This document shows, in pieces, positions 47,851 to 58,143 of a DNA stretch of 64,000 bases. The number at the start of each line of letters is the position of its first letter. The stretch's first letter is position 1. The position numbers and the translations under genes were made by a program. Source of the DNA: Limisphaerales bacterium (GTDB lineage: Bacteria > Verrucomicrobiota > Verrucomicrobiia > Limisphaerales > SIBE01); NCBI GenBank assembly GCA_044225505.1, contig JBGAIN010000011.1, positions 1 to 64,000 on the forward strand, read 5' to 3'. Under the pieces are notes generated by a model, which was not told the DNA's origin, did no database searches, and worked only from the letters and a program-made list of their open reading frames with translations.

Positions 47851-48798
47851 ATGGACAAACGTCTCCTCGGCTATTCGGGATTGGCAACGGCGCCAATTAT
47901 CTTCGGCGGAAATGTCTTTGGCTGGACCGTGGACGCGGCCGCGTCGTTCCAATTGTTGGATGCCTTCGTCGACGCGGGCTTTAACATGGTCGACACGGCG
48001 AATTCCTACTCGCGATGGGCGCCCGGAAATAAAGGAGGCGAATCCGAAACCGTGATTGGCCAGTGGTTTCAACGGACCGGTAAGCGGGATCGAGTCATTC
48101 TGGCGACCAAAGTGGGCAGCGATCTTGGGCCGGGGCGGAAGGGGCTTTCCAAAGCCTATATTGTGCGAGCGGTCGAAGAGTCACTCCAGCGATTACGGAC
48201 GGATACCATTGACCTGTACCAATCGCATCGCGACGATCCAACCGTTCCCCAGGAAGAGGCATTGGAGGCTTACGCTCAGTTGCTGCAGCAAGGCAAGGTG
48301 AAGGCCATCGGAGCATCCAATTTTACGGCGCAACGACTGACCAAAGCCCTCGAGATCAGCCAGCAATCCAGGTTGCCTCGCTATGAAACGCTGCAGCCGC
48401 TCTACAACCTGTACGATCGCTCCGAATTTGAGGGGGAACTGGAATCGGTCTGTCGTGCGCACGGTCTCGGGGTCATTCCCTATTTCCCGTTGGCCAGCGG
48501 CTTTCTGACGGGCAAATATCGGGCGGCGTCAGATCTCGTGGGCAAACCGCGCGCCCAATTCCTGGAAAAATATTTTACGGATCGGGGACAACGGATCCTG
48601 GCCGCCTTGCACGAGGTGGCCAATCTCCAAAACGTCAAACCTGTCCAAGTTGCGTTGGCTTGGTTGATTGGCCGACCCGCGGTGACAGCGCCGATTGTCA
48701 GCGCAACATCCTTGAGCCAACTCCGGGAAATACTAGCGGCGGCCGAGCTTCGACTGGACTCCGAATCGACCGGGCTGCTCGATCAGGCGAGCGCATAA
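47851..48798 (+). CDS. Aldo/keto reductase
   Basis: FGGNVFGW, DTANSY, LATKVG, SLQRLRTDTIDLYQSH, IGASN, PLASGFLTGKY. Confidence 0.92.
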   Translation: MDKRLLGYSGLATAPIIFGGNVFGWTVDAAASFQLLDAFVDAGFNMVDTANSYSRWAPGNKGGESETVIGQWFQRTGKRDRVILATKVGSDLGPGRKGLSKAYIVRAVEESLQRLRTDTIDLYQSHRDDPTVPQEEALEAYAQLLQQGKVKAIGASNFTAQRLTKALEISQQSRLPRYETLQPLYNLYDRSEFEGELESVCRAHGLGVIPYFPLASGFLTGKYRAASDLVGKPRAQFLEKYFTDRGQRILAALHEVANLQNVKPVQVALAWLIGRPAVTAPIVSATSLSQLREILAAAELRLDSESTGLLDQASA

Positions 48799-48890
48799 CG
48801 GGCGCGAACGTGCTTGGGCGCACGAACAATGCAAAGGCGAGGTTCGCACTCGCTGTTTCGTCAAAAGCGTGTTTCACTTCCGAGCGGAAT

Positions 48891-49847
48891 ATGATCCCGC
48901 GTCATTCTCTTCTGCGCTTCATTTGCCTCTTCGGCATCACGTTCACTGGGACGACGATTGGTCTCGGACCGGCTTGGGCAGCCGGCTCGCCGGAAGTAAT
49001 CGAGCTTTGGCCAGGGAAGGTTCCCGATCAAGCCGAGAACCTTCGAACCGAGCGGGTGCGAATGTCTCCTCAACTCGATCGCAAGAAGGTGGAAGTGACC
49101 GAGTCTACGCGACTGCTGACGGACGTGAACAAGCCCAGTATTTCCGTTTACCACCCGCCAACGAATCGTCGCTCGGGCACCGCCATGGTCATCTGCCCAG
49201 GAGGCGGCTATTGGGATTTGTACTGGGAGCTCGAAGGCGAAGAGGTGGCCGCGTGGCTGAATTCTTTGGGCATCACAGGAATCGTACTGAAATACCGCGT
49301 GCCTCGCCTACCGGAGGAACCTCCTTCCGAACCGGCGCGGCGTCCTCTTCAGGATGCCCAGCGGGCGGTTCGGCTCGTTCGTAGTCACGCCCCAGAGTGG
49401 GGGATTGACGCGAAGCACATCGGCGTCATTGGGTTTTCCGCGGGAGGACATTTAGCGATTGCGACCGCGACGAGCTTTGCCAAGAAGACTTACGAGCCGG
49501 TCGATGAGGTCGATGGAGTGAGTTGCCGGCCGGACTTCGCGATCCTGGCGTATCCAGGCTATTTAAAAGCCAAAGACACTTTGGAATTGGGTTCAGGCTT
49601 GAGCATTCCTGCAGGAACACCGCCCGTGTTTTTGGTGCATGGAGGCGAGGATATCATCAGTAGCCCGGAGCATAGCGTGGCGATGTATTTAGCACTGAAG
49701 AAAGCGGGGATACCTGCGGAATTACATATCTACGCCTCGACGGCGCACGATTTCGGTGTTCGCATCGCGGATCGCCCCTATGCAGCATGGACCGAAGCGT
49801 GCGTGCGCTGGTTGCGCGACGCACAACTCTTGAAAAAAGCGGAATGA
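48891..49847 (+). CDS. Secreted alpha/beta hydrolase (acetylxylan esterase/BD-FAE-like)
   Basis: ICPGGGY, LKYRVP, DAQRAVR, GFSAGGH nucleophile, RPDFAIL.YP, AHDFG. Confidence 0.88.
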   Translation: MIPRHSLLRFICLFGITFTGTTIGLGPAWAAGSPEVIELWPGKVPDQAENLRTERVRMSPQLDRKKVEVTESTRLLTDVNKPSISVYHPPTNRRSGTAMVICPGGGYWDLYWELEGEEVAAWLNSLGITGIVLKYRVPRLPEEPPSEPARRPLQDAQRAVRLVRSHAPEWGIDAKHIGVIGFSAGGHLAIATATSFAKKTYEPVDEVDGVSCRPDFAILAYPGYLKAKDTLELGSGLSIPAGTPPVFLVHGGEDIISSPEHSVAMYLALKKAGIPAELHIYASTAHDFGVRIADRPYAAWTEACVRWLRDAQLLKKAE

Positions 49848-49893
49848 CGCTACGCGAGACTCTGCCTCCGCATTTGGCCGCGCGGTGCCCTGC

Positions 49894-50796
49894 TCAGGCG
49901 GCGGGCTGTAACTCCGCAAGCGTGACGCGGTCCTTCCCTTCCGTCTTGCTCCGGAACAGGCAACGGTCGGCTTCCAAGAGCAGCTGGCGTTTGTCTTTCG
50001 CGTCCTGGGGGTAGGCCGCGACGCCGAAGGACGCGGTCAAGCGTGCGTGGATTCCTTCGGTCTGCAAGAACGCGGTTGAAGCGATGGCCTGGCGCATTGC
50101 GCTAACTTTGAGAACCGCTTCCTGCTTCGTCTGCCGAGGCAACACGACGATAAATTCGTCGCCGCCATAGCGGATTAGTCGGTCGTCTTCCCCGAGCACC
50201 AAGGCGACCGCTTGGGCGACCTCCTTTAACGTTTTAGACCCGAGCAGGTGGCCGTGGGTATCCACCAGGCGTTTAAAGTTGTCTAGATCGAAGAAGACCA
50301 AGCTGACGTCGGTCGGCTTCGGGTTGGCAGGGTCGATAACTCGGTCGAGGTAACGGTGCAAATAGCGGGTGTTGTGAAACCCGGTGACGTCATCTGTCAC
50401 AGCCAACTTCATCACGCGATCATGCTCGCGTTTCAGCCCGACGGACCACCGACGCATACGGAGCAAATTCGCAACACGCGCCTGAATCTCTTTTTCGTGC
50501 AATGGCCGGACGATCAGGTCATCCACCAGTTTTCCTAGATGCTTGGCCGGGACATTTCCCCGGCGTCGCATGGTGAGGAGCAAGAACGGCAGGAAGACAG
50601 GTTCATCCACCTTTCGGCGCACTTGAACTTCTTTCCGCAGACGCTTCAGCGACGGACCGTCCAGGATGACGAGATCGAATTCGCCTTCGAAAGGCTGATC
50701 CCGATGACCCACGATCAGTTGGCAGGTCTTGCCGAGCCAGTCTTCGAGCTGACGGCGGTCCTGCTTTCGCGTAACTTGAAGTAATACCCGATCCAT
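49894..50796 (-). CDS. Diguanylate cyclase (degenerate REC-like + GGDEF)
   Basis: TDDVTG.HN.RY, DLDNFK.LVD.HGH..G, RYGGDEF, TASFGVA; no RxxD I-site before GGDEF. Confidence 0.9.
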   Translation of the reverse strand: MDRVLLQVTRKQDRRQLEDWLGKTCQLIVGHRDQPFEGEFDLVILDGPSLKRLRKEVQVRRKVDEPVFLPFLLLTMRRRGNVPAKHLGKLVDDLIVRPLHEKEIQARVANLLRMRRWSVGLKREHDRVMKLAVTDDVTGFHNTRYLHRYLDRVIDPANPKPTDVSLVFFDLDNFKRLVDTHGHLLGSKTLKEVAQAVALVLGEDDRLIRYGGDEFIVVLPRQTKQEAVLKVSAMRQAIASTAFLQTEGIHARLTASFGVAAYPQDAKDKRQLLLEADRCLFRSKTEGKDRVTLAELQPAA

Positions 50797-50991
50797 GGGA
50801 CTCAAACTCGTCTCGAGGGGAACCTTCGACGCCCCAAATCTAACGATGGCACAGCACGAGCGCGATGACACACTGACCTAGCTGACCGAAACAATATGAC
50901 ATGAAGTGAGTGTGACGTAAACGATTACGTTAGAAGCAGCCGAATCCGCGGTGCGTCAGATGCGATTCCAGCTTGATCCCGAGCCCTATTC

Positions 50992-52302
50992 CTATGGTTG
51001 CTTAGGCAGGTCGGTATCACCCGCCATGACCCAGGCTTCATTGAAATGGGCATGTTTGATCGATTTCGCCGCCGGATCTCCATCCACGTCTTTCGGCAAA
51101 TCCCGGTTCGCCAGATGAAAACTATAGGTTGCGTGCAAGCTCCCGTCTTTCGCCTGGATCAGACTTGGATAATGAAACGATCCCGCTTCCGGTCCTGGTG
51201 ATCGAAGTTCCAGGTGGCGCTTCCATTTCCATGTCTGACCTTCGTCGTCAGAAATCTGTACGAGTAAACTGTGCCGCCCTTTTTCCGTATCGTTTCCGAT
51301 CAAGACCCAATGACCGTTTCGGAGCGTAATGATCTCAGCACCTGATCCTGGGTTGGGCAACTCCGAGTCCGTCACAGGACTCCAGGTTTCACCCCGGTCT
51401 GTCGACCGGCTCTGGAGCAAGCGTTTTGGCGCCGGACCATTATCGCGCATTAGCGTATAGAGAGACCCGTCCCGGGCGAGGGCAATGCTCGGTTGAATGT
51501 TTCCGTAGCCGACGAGGGGCGTGCTCGTGTGCCAGGTTTGCCCCCAGTTGTCGGTGATGGCCATCAACGAGAACGAAAATCCATCCGAGTACAACGGAAC
51601 GATCAGTCGCTTTTCGTCCAGCACAAACGGGTGCGCGCGTGTCATCCAGCCGAGTCGCCGGTAGAGCTTGTCGTGCGCGTGAGCGCTCAATTCCTTGTGC
51701 CACGCTCGCGCCGTTCGGCCTTCTTCGACGACCAGGCCGTCGCTGCTTCCAAGTCGTTGCTCTTCGACATGGATGAACTGCTCAACACCTGCTTCAAACG
51801 ACTTTCCCGGCGTTACGTGAAGAACCTCACTCTGCGTCCACTTGGGAGGCCCATCCTCGGAATAATCTGTGGCGATCCGGTATTTCATCAGAGCGGTATG
51901 CCACTGGTTGGCCAGGATGGTCGGCCAGAGCAACCAGAGCCGCCCTTGAGGATCGATAAACATGGCGCAGTTCGTGTCTGGATAATCTGGAGTGTCTGCC
52001 ATCACAAACCGCTCGCTCCAAGTTCGAGAGCCCTTGCGCAAACGTGCCCCTTCGATTTTGACATCATCCGCCGTCCGCTCTCCCGAACCGTGAAACCAGC
52101 AGACTAGCAGGTCCCCATTCGGCGCCTCCACCACGCAAGAGGCGTGATTATGCCAATGTTCCAGCGTGAAAATCAGTTCTGCTTCGAGAAATGCGGGTTG
52201 CGCATCACTCGGACTCGGAGCTGCTCTCACCGCGCAAACCGAGGCCGATACGGTGAGGAGGAGAGCCCAGACCAATCCTGCGAGCTTATGGGAGGTGATC
52301 AT
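50992..52302 (-). CDS. Secreted BNR/Asp-box sialidase-family protein
   Basis: HNHASCVVE.PNGDLL..WF.GSGE; Asp boxes TDNWGQTW, STDRGETWS, SDDEGQTW; LPNPGSG; YPSLIQ. Confidence 0.85.
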   Translation of the reverse strand: MITSHKLAGLVWALLLTVSASVCAVRAAPSPSDAQPAFLEAELIFTLEHWHNHASCVVEAPNGDLLVCWFHGSGERTADDVKIEGARLRKGSRTWSERFVMADTPDYPDTNCAMFIDPQGRLWLLWPTILANQWHTALMKYRIATDYSEDGPPKWTQSEVLHVTPGKSFEAGVEQFIHVEEQRLGSSDGLVVEEGRTARAWHKELSAHAHDKLYRRLGWMTRAHPFVLDEKRLIVPLYSDGFSFSLMAITDNWGQTWHTSTPLVGYGNIQPSIALARDGSLYTLMRDNGPAPKRLLQSRSTDRGETWSPVTDSELPNPGSGAEIITLRNGHWVLIGNDTEKGRHSLLVQISDDEGQTWKWKRHLELRSPGPEAGSFHYPSLIQAKDGSLHATYSFHLANRDLPKDVDGDPAAKSIKHAHFNEAWVMAGDTDLPKQP

Positions 52303-52691
52303 TTCAGAAGCCAGAAAACCACGGACCGAGGCAAGGTGCAATCTTGAGTGGGAAGACGCGTGGGGAATTCTCGCGTTTTTGCGGAGGTGAAAGCGAGTGC
52401 CGGGCTCGTCCGACATTTCGTAATCCTATGAGGGACAACCCAGTATCGTTGGTGACAAAATGTCGCCTGCCATCCGATGGACTTCCCAGGCACAGCTGGT
52501 AGGGAGTCATGATCAGACCTGGGTGATGCGGTCGTGACGTCGGGAGTGGCACCGGGGCCGGGCGGAAGTGTCCCGAGGAGACCGCGTGATTTTGCTTGGT
52601 TCAGCGTTTTCGTTCGAGTTTTGACCGGTTAAACCGTCTTAAAGGCATGAAGCACTTGGATTTGGCCTTTAAGCTGCTATTTAATGAGGTG

Positions 52692-55600
52692 ATGAAATTC
52701 CCTGCTGCACGTGTGGCTCTGGCCACATGGATCTATCTTGCCGCCATCCATTTGGCGCAAAGCCAAGTGGTCATCAACGAGTTCTTGGCCAGCAATGGCA
52801 GCGGCCTGACAGATAGCGATGGTGAGAATTCCGATTGGATCGAGCTCTACAACTCAGGAACTGCCCCAGTGAACTTGGAAGGATGGTATCTGACCGATGA
52901 CACGACCGACCTTCGGAAATGGCGTTTCCCTGCTAATGCGTTGCCAGCCAATGGATACCAAATCGTCTTCGCTTCCGGGAAGAACCGGGCGACGCCAGGT
53001 GCGCCGCTGCATGTGAACTTTAGCCTCGACGCCAATGGCGAGTATCTGGCGCTGGTCAAGCCTGACGGCGTCACCGTCGCCTCTGAGTTTGCTCCAGCTT
53101 TTCCCAATCAGGATCGCGATATCTCCTACGGACTGAGCCAAGGGGCTTACGCTTACTTTACAACTCCAACCCCCGGAGCGGCCAATTCCGCGGGGGTGGC
53201 CGGTTTGGTGTCGGACACCAAGTTCAGCCGGGACCGCGGGTTTTATGACGCACCGATCGAAGTGGCCATCACGACAACAACTCCGGGGGCGACGATTTAT
53301 TATACCACCAACGGAACCGTGCCCTCGCTGACCAATGGCTCCGTCTATACCGGGCCGCTCACCATCTCTGCCACGACGGTTTTGCGAGCCGCGGCGTTTA
53401 AGACGGGTTTCCTCCCGAGTTCAGTCGATACGGAAACCTACCTCTTTTTGGATGACGTGATCCGGCAGTCTGCGGATGGGAAGGCGCCGCCAGGGTGGCC
53501 GACCAGTTGGGGCGGGAACACTGTGAACTACGGGATGGATCCGGACGTCGTCAACAACCCTCGTTATAGCGCTACCATCAAGGATGACCTAAAGACCATT
53601 CCTTCCTTTTCATTGGTCATGGATTTGAAGGACTTGTTCGACGCCGGTCGTGGGATCTACGCTAATCCCGGGCAGGACGGGATTAATTGGGAGCGGCCCA
53701 GTTCTTTGGAACTGATCTATCCGGACGGAACCAAAGGGTTCCAGGTCAATGCAGGGGTGCGAATCCGCGGCGGATACAGCCGGAGCACAAGCAACCCGAA
53801 ACATGCTTTCCGCTTCTTCTTTCGCGAGGAGTATGGGGATACCAAATTAGATTACCCACTCTTTGGCGACTCTGGCGCAAAGACCTTCGATGCGTTTGAT
53901 TTACGAACGTTTCAGAACTACTCCTGGAGTTTTGAGGGAGATAGCCGTGGCGTTTTCATTCGCGACCAGTTTTCCCGGGACGCTCAGTTAGCGATGGGCA
54001 GCCAGGCGGAGCGCGGCAACTACTATCATCTTTACATCAACGGCCAGTACTGGGGCTTGTTCAATACGGATGAACGTCCGGAAGCCTCCTATGGCGCGAC
54101 CTATTTCGGCGGGAATAAAGAAGACTACGACGTCGTGAAAGTCGCGCCCGATAGCGGATATACCATCTATGCGACGGACGGAAATCTAAGCGCCTGGACT
54201 CGACTCTGGAATGCGGCCAAGGCCGGTTTGGCAAGCGACGCGGCTTATCAGAAAATCCAGGGGAACAATCCGGACGGCACGCCGAATCCAGATTACGAGG
54301 TCCTTCTCGATGTGGATAATCTCATCGACTACATGCTCGTCATCCTTTACGGGGGCAACCTGGACGCGCCTATTTCGAATTTCTTAGGCAACAGCTCTCC
54401 CAATAACTTCTTTGCGATGCGCCATCGCACCGCCCGGTCCGGGTTCAAATTCTTTTCCCATGATGCGGAGCACACGCTCTTGGATGTGAATCAGAATCGC
54501 ATCGGACCGTTCTCGGCGGGAGGCACTCTGGACAAAAGCAATCCGCAGTATTTCTGGCAGCAATGCTGGGCGAACGCCGAATTCCGAATCCGCGTGGCTG
54601 ATCATGTGCAACGGCATTTGTTCAACGGCGGCGTGCTCACGACTCAAGGCGCGACGAACCTTTTCCTCAAGCGAAAAGCGGAAATAGATCGCGCCGTTGT
54701 GGGCGAATCCGCGCGTTGGGGCGATTCCAAGCGGGGCACTCCCTTGACTCGCGACGTGGAATGGGTCGCGGAAGTGAATCGGATCGTGAACAGCTACATG
54801 GCGCAGCGAACGGCGATCGTCTTGAAACAGCTTCAATCGAAGAACCTTTACCCGAGTGTCGTGGCGCCTTCCTTCAGTCAGCAGGGAGGGTATGTGGCAG
54901 CGGGATTTCAACTGACCATGACAGCGCCGGCTGGAACGATCTATTACTCGCGCGACGGCAGCGACCCGCGGTTGCTCGGGGGAGCGATCGCTCCAGGGGC
55001 GCTAACCTTCACTGGACCAATTCCAATAACCGAAAGCGTCACGATCAAGTCACGCGTATGGGATGGCTCCGCGTGGAGCGCACTCAACGAGGCCCAGTTC
55101 ACTCGGATTCAGACGTTCAAAGAGCTCCAAATTACAGAGCTCATGTATCACCCCCCCGCGCTCAATGGTGTCGATGGTGATGAGTTCGAGTTTGTCGAAT
55201 TGAAGAACGTTGGTTCCGCGGAACTCGACCTGAGCGGCGTCTATTTCACGAATGGCGTCAACTATGTCTTCCCTAGCGGACGAAAGCTTGGGCCTGGTCA
55301 GTTCACGGTGCTGGTGAGCAATCCAGCGGCTTTCGCTAGTAAATATCCAGGCGTTCGCGTGGATGGCGTCTATACCGGGAAGTTCTCGAACACAGGCGAG
55401 ACGGTGGCTTTGGTGCACGCGGTGGGCACACCTCTCTTCGCGTTTACCTATGCTCCGAAGGCACCTTGGCCGATCTCCGCAGATGGTCAGGGTTTTTCGC
55501 TCGTGCCGGTCAACGCCAACTTTAATCCAGACCCTAATAACGTTGCGAACTGGCGGGCGAGCGTTCGGGCGGGCGGTTCGCCCGGCGCGGATGATCCACC

Positions 55601-58061
55601 GCTCAACGTGCAGCCAGTCTGGATCACAGAAGTATTGACCCACACCGATCCACCCGCCGTGGACGAGATCGAGCTGTTCAACCCGGGCCCAGGGGAGAGT
55701 GATATTTCGAATTGGTATTTGACCGATTCCAGAGCCTTTCCGAAGCGATTTCGCATCCCCGCTGGCACCATTCTTAAGCCCGGCGAATATCGCGTGTATA
55801 CGGAACAGGATTTCAACGCGGCTCCCGGCAGTGAATCGAGTTTCCGCCTCGATTCGCATGGGGAAGAGGTTTACCTCTACTCGGCGGATGCAGCGGGTAA
55901 TCTCACGGGCTATAGCGACGGATTCAGCTTTGGCGCGTCGGCCAACGGCGTCACTTTCGGCCGATTCGTCAATAGCGTTGGTGAAATTCAGTATCCTCCG
56001 CAGAGCGCACCGACGCTCGGCTCGGCAAATGCCGGGCCGGCTGTGGGTCCCGTGGTCATCAACGAGATTAACTTCGAGCCAGCGGCTGGCGACGAGGAAT
56101 TCGTCGAGTTGAAGAATATCACCGCTCTCGCCGTAAAACTCTACGATGCGGAGCGCCCCACGAACGTATGGAAGTTGGACGGCGTTGGCTATATGTTTCC
56201 AGCGAGCAGCGAGATTCCTGGAAATGGCCTGGCGCTAGTCGTGCCCACCGATCCGGGCGCATTCCGACTTCGCCACGCAGTTCCTGCGACCGTGCCCGTT
56301 TTTGGCCCTTACCCAGGCGTCCTGCAGGATAGTGGGGAATTCCTGGAGTTGGCGCGACCCGACGCGCCGGACGTCGATACGAATGGCGTGACCGTTGTTC
56401 CGTACCTGCGGGTCGACGCCGTGCGCTATAACGACAAAGCGCCCTGGCCGACGAACACCGCCGGACTAGGGTCATCCCTGGAACGAGTCAACCCCCGCGC
56501 TTACGCGGATGATCCCGCAAATTGGCGTGCGAGCTTCGCGACTCCATCCCCTGGCTTTGAGAACGACGGAAATCGCGTGCCGCGGGTGAATGCCGGAGCG
56601 GATGCCGTCTACCAAGCAAACGGATTCCCATTCTCTGCCAATCTCACCGGACGAGTGACGGACGATGGGCAACCAAATCCTCCCGGCGCAGTGACGGTTG
56701 CCTGGAGTCAAATCGCCGGGCCGGGCCCGGTAAGTTTCACCAGCCCAAACCAGGTGAACACCGCGGTCGGTTTTCCGGGCGTCGGCACCTATACGTTGCG
56801 TCTCACTGCGAATGACGGCGCCGCTCAGACCGGCGACGACGTCGTGGTGTCGATCGAACGCACTCCGTCCGAGGTGACCTTTGTTCCCGCTGGAGCGACC
56901 TGGAAGTATCTCGATGACGGGTCAAACCAAGGCGCCCTGTGGCGAACGGCCGACTTCGATGACGCGGCCTGGCGGTCCGGGCCAGCGGAGCTCGGTTATG
57001 GGGATGGTGGAGAAAAGACAGTGCTGGGCTTTGGCCCAGAGTCGTCCAACAAGTACGTCACTTATTACTTCAGGCATGCGTTTAATATCAGCAACGCGGC
57101 TTCGGTAAAACAATTGACCGTTCAACTCATGCGGGACGACGGCGCCATCGTCTACATCAATGGCATCGAGGCCGTCCGCAGCAACATGCCATTGGGCGAT
57201 ATCGGAAGCACCACCCTGGCCAGCGCCACCGTGGGGAATGAAGAGGAATCCACCTTTTTCGACAGCACGGTGAACCCGTCCGTCCTCCGTGAGGGGCGGA
57301 ACGTCATCGCGGTGGAGGTGCATCAGATTAACCTGAGCAGTTCCGATATCAGCTTCGATCTATCGCTCAAAGGATTGGCACTCCCGGACAACCAGCCTCC
57401 CGTCGTCAATGCCGGACCGGACACAACGGTCTCTACGGGCGGCGCCGCCGCGCTGCAAGGCTCCGCGATTGACGATGGATTGCCCGCAACTCCGGGACGG
57501 CTCAGTGTCGCCTGGTCCAAGTTAAGTGGTCCAGGTGATGTCACCTTCGCGGATGCCAGCTCGGCAGTGACGACCGCCCGCTTCAGCCAAGCCGGAAATT
57601 ACGTTCTCCATTTGACGGCATCGGACGGCGCACTCTCCGCGCAAGACGATGTCGCGATCACGGTCACGGGCGGAGATCCGTTCACGGAATGGAAAGCGCG
57701 TTATTTCTCCGCGGCCGAGCTGAGCAATCCCGCCATCAGTGGCGACGCGGCGGACCCGGATGCAGACGGCCATAACAACGTGCAGGAATTTACGGCGGGA
57801 ACGGATCCTAAGGATGCTCAAAGTGTGCTACGCGCGGAAGTCAGCGAACCCAATCTGGGGGCAGCCACGACGCTCACGATCCGATTCCAGGCCATGCCCG
57901 ACCGGAGCTACACCGTCCAACGGCAGGATTCTGCAGGAGCGCCTTGGATCAAGGTGGGCGATGTCCCCGCGGGCGGTTCAGCGCGACCGGTCGAAGTGAA
58001 CGATACGTTGCCCAACCAATCGGCCACGCGCTTTTACCGGATTGTGACACCACAACAGTAA
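52692..58061 (+). CDS. Large secreted lamin-tail-domain / CotH kinase-family protein with Fn3-associated and PKD-like domains
   Basis: LTD VVINEFLASN..DWIELYN and three further (I/L)(N/T)E..EFVEL copies; IYYTTNG; CotH RIRGGYSR..K, LYINGQYWGL, NNFF..DAE; two PKD-like DDG.P..WS...GPG.V.F; C-terminal DADG..EF.AGTDP and RFYRI. Confidence 0.88.
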   Translation: MKFPAARVALATWIYLAAIHLAQSQVVINEFLASNGSGLTDSDGENSDWIELYNSGTAPVNLEGWYLTDDTTDLRKWRFPANALPANGYQIVFASGKNRATPGAPLHVNFSLDANGEYLALVKPDGVTVASEFAPAFPNQDRDISYGLSQGAYAYFTTPTPGAANSAGVAGLVSDTKFSRDRGFYDAPIEVAITTTTPGATIYYTTNGTVPSLTNGSVYTGPLTISATTVLRAAAFKTGFLPSSVDTETYLFLDDVIRQSADGKAPPGWPTSWGGNTVNYGMDPDVVNNPRYSATIKDDLKTIPSFSLVMDLKDLFDAGRGIYANPGQDGINWERPSSLELIYPDGTKGFQVNAGVRIRGGYSRSTSNPKHAFRFFFREEYGDTKLDYPLFGDSGAKTFDAFDLRTFQNYSWSFEGDSRGVFIRDQFSRDAQLAMGSQAERGNYYHLYINGQYWGLFNTDERPEASYGATYFGGNKEDYDVVKVAPDSGYTIYATDGNLSAWTRLWNAAKAGLASDAAYQKIQGNNPDGTPNPDYEVLLDVDNLIDYMLVILYGGNLDAPISNFLGNSSPNNFFAMRHRTARSGFKFFSHDAEHTLLDVNQNRIGPFSAGGTLDKSNPQYFWQQCWANAEFRIRVADHVQRHLFNGGVLTTQGATNLFLKRKAEIDRAVVGESARWGDSKRGTPLTRDVEWVAEVNRIVNSYMAQRTAIVLKQLQSKNLYPSVVAPSFSQQGGYVAAGFQLTMTAPAGTIYYSRDGSDPRLLGGAIAPGALTFTGPIPITESVTIKSRVWDGSAWSALNEAQFTRIQTFKELQITELMYHPPALNGVDGDEFEFVELKNVGSAELDLSGVYFTNGVNYVFPSGRKLGPGQFTVLVSNPAAFASKYPGVRVDGVYTGKFSNTGETVALVHAVGTPLFAFTYAPKAPWPISADGQGFSLVPVNANFNPDPNNVANWRASVRAGGSPGADDPPLNVQPVWITEVLTHTDPPAVDEIELFNPGPGESDISNWYLTDSRAFPKRFRIPAGTILKPGEYRVYTEQDFNAAPGSESSFRLDSHGEEVYLYSADAAGNLTGYSDGFSFGASANGVTFGRFVNSVGEIQYPPQSAPTLGSANAGPAVGPVVINEINFEPAAGDEEFVELKNITALAVKLYDAERPTNVWKLDGVGYMFPASSEIPGNGLALVVPTDPGAFRLRHAVPATVPVFGPYPGVLQDSGEFLELARPDAPDVDTNGVTVVPYLRVDAVRYNDKAPWPTNTAGLGSSLERVNPRAYADDPANWRASFATPSPGFENDGNRVPRVNAGADAVYQANGFPFSANLTGRVTDDGQPNPPGAVTVAWSQIAGPGPVSFTSPNQVNTAVGFPGVGTYTLRLTANDGAAQTGDDVVVSIERTPSEVTFVPAGATWKYLDDGSNQGALWRTADFDDAAWRSGPAELGYGDGGEKTVLGFGPESSNKYVTYYFRHAFNISNAASVKQLTVQLMRDDGAIVYINGIEAVRSNMPLGDIGSTTLASATVGNEEESTFFDSTVNPSVLREGRNVIAVEVHQINLSSSDISFDLSLKGLALPDNQPPVVNAGPDTTVSTGGAAALQGSAIDDGLPATPGRLSVAWSKLSGPGDVTFADASSAVTTARFSQAGNYVLHLTASDGALSAQDDVAITVTGGDPFTEWKARYFSAAELSNPAISGDAADPDADGHNNVQEFTAGTDPKDAQSVLRAEVSEPNLGAATTLTIRFQAMPDRSYTVQRQDSAGAPWIKVGDVPAGGSARPVEVNDTLPNQSATRFYRIVTPQQ

Positions 58062-58143
58062 GTGCGCAGCGGTCGGGCGCGGAAGTGCTGCATCCGCGCC
58101 TGACAGGCTTTCGCTTTTTCCCGCGGTGCCTGGAGTGGGCTCA

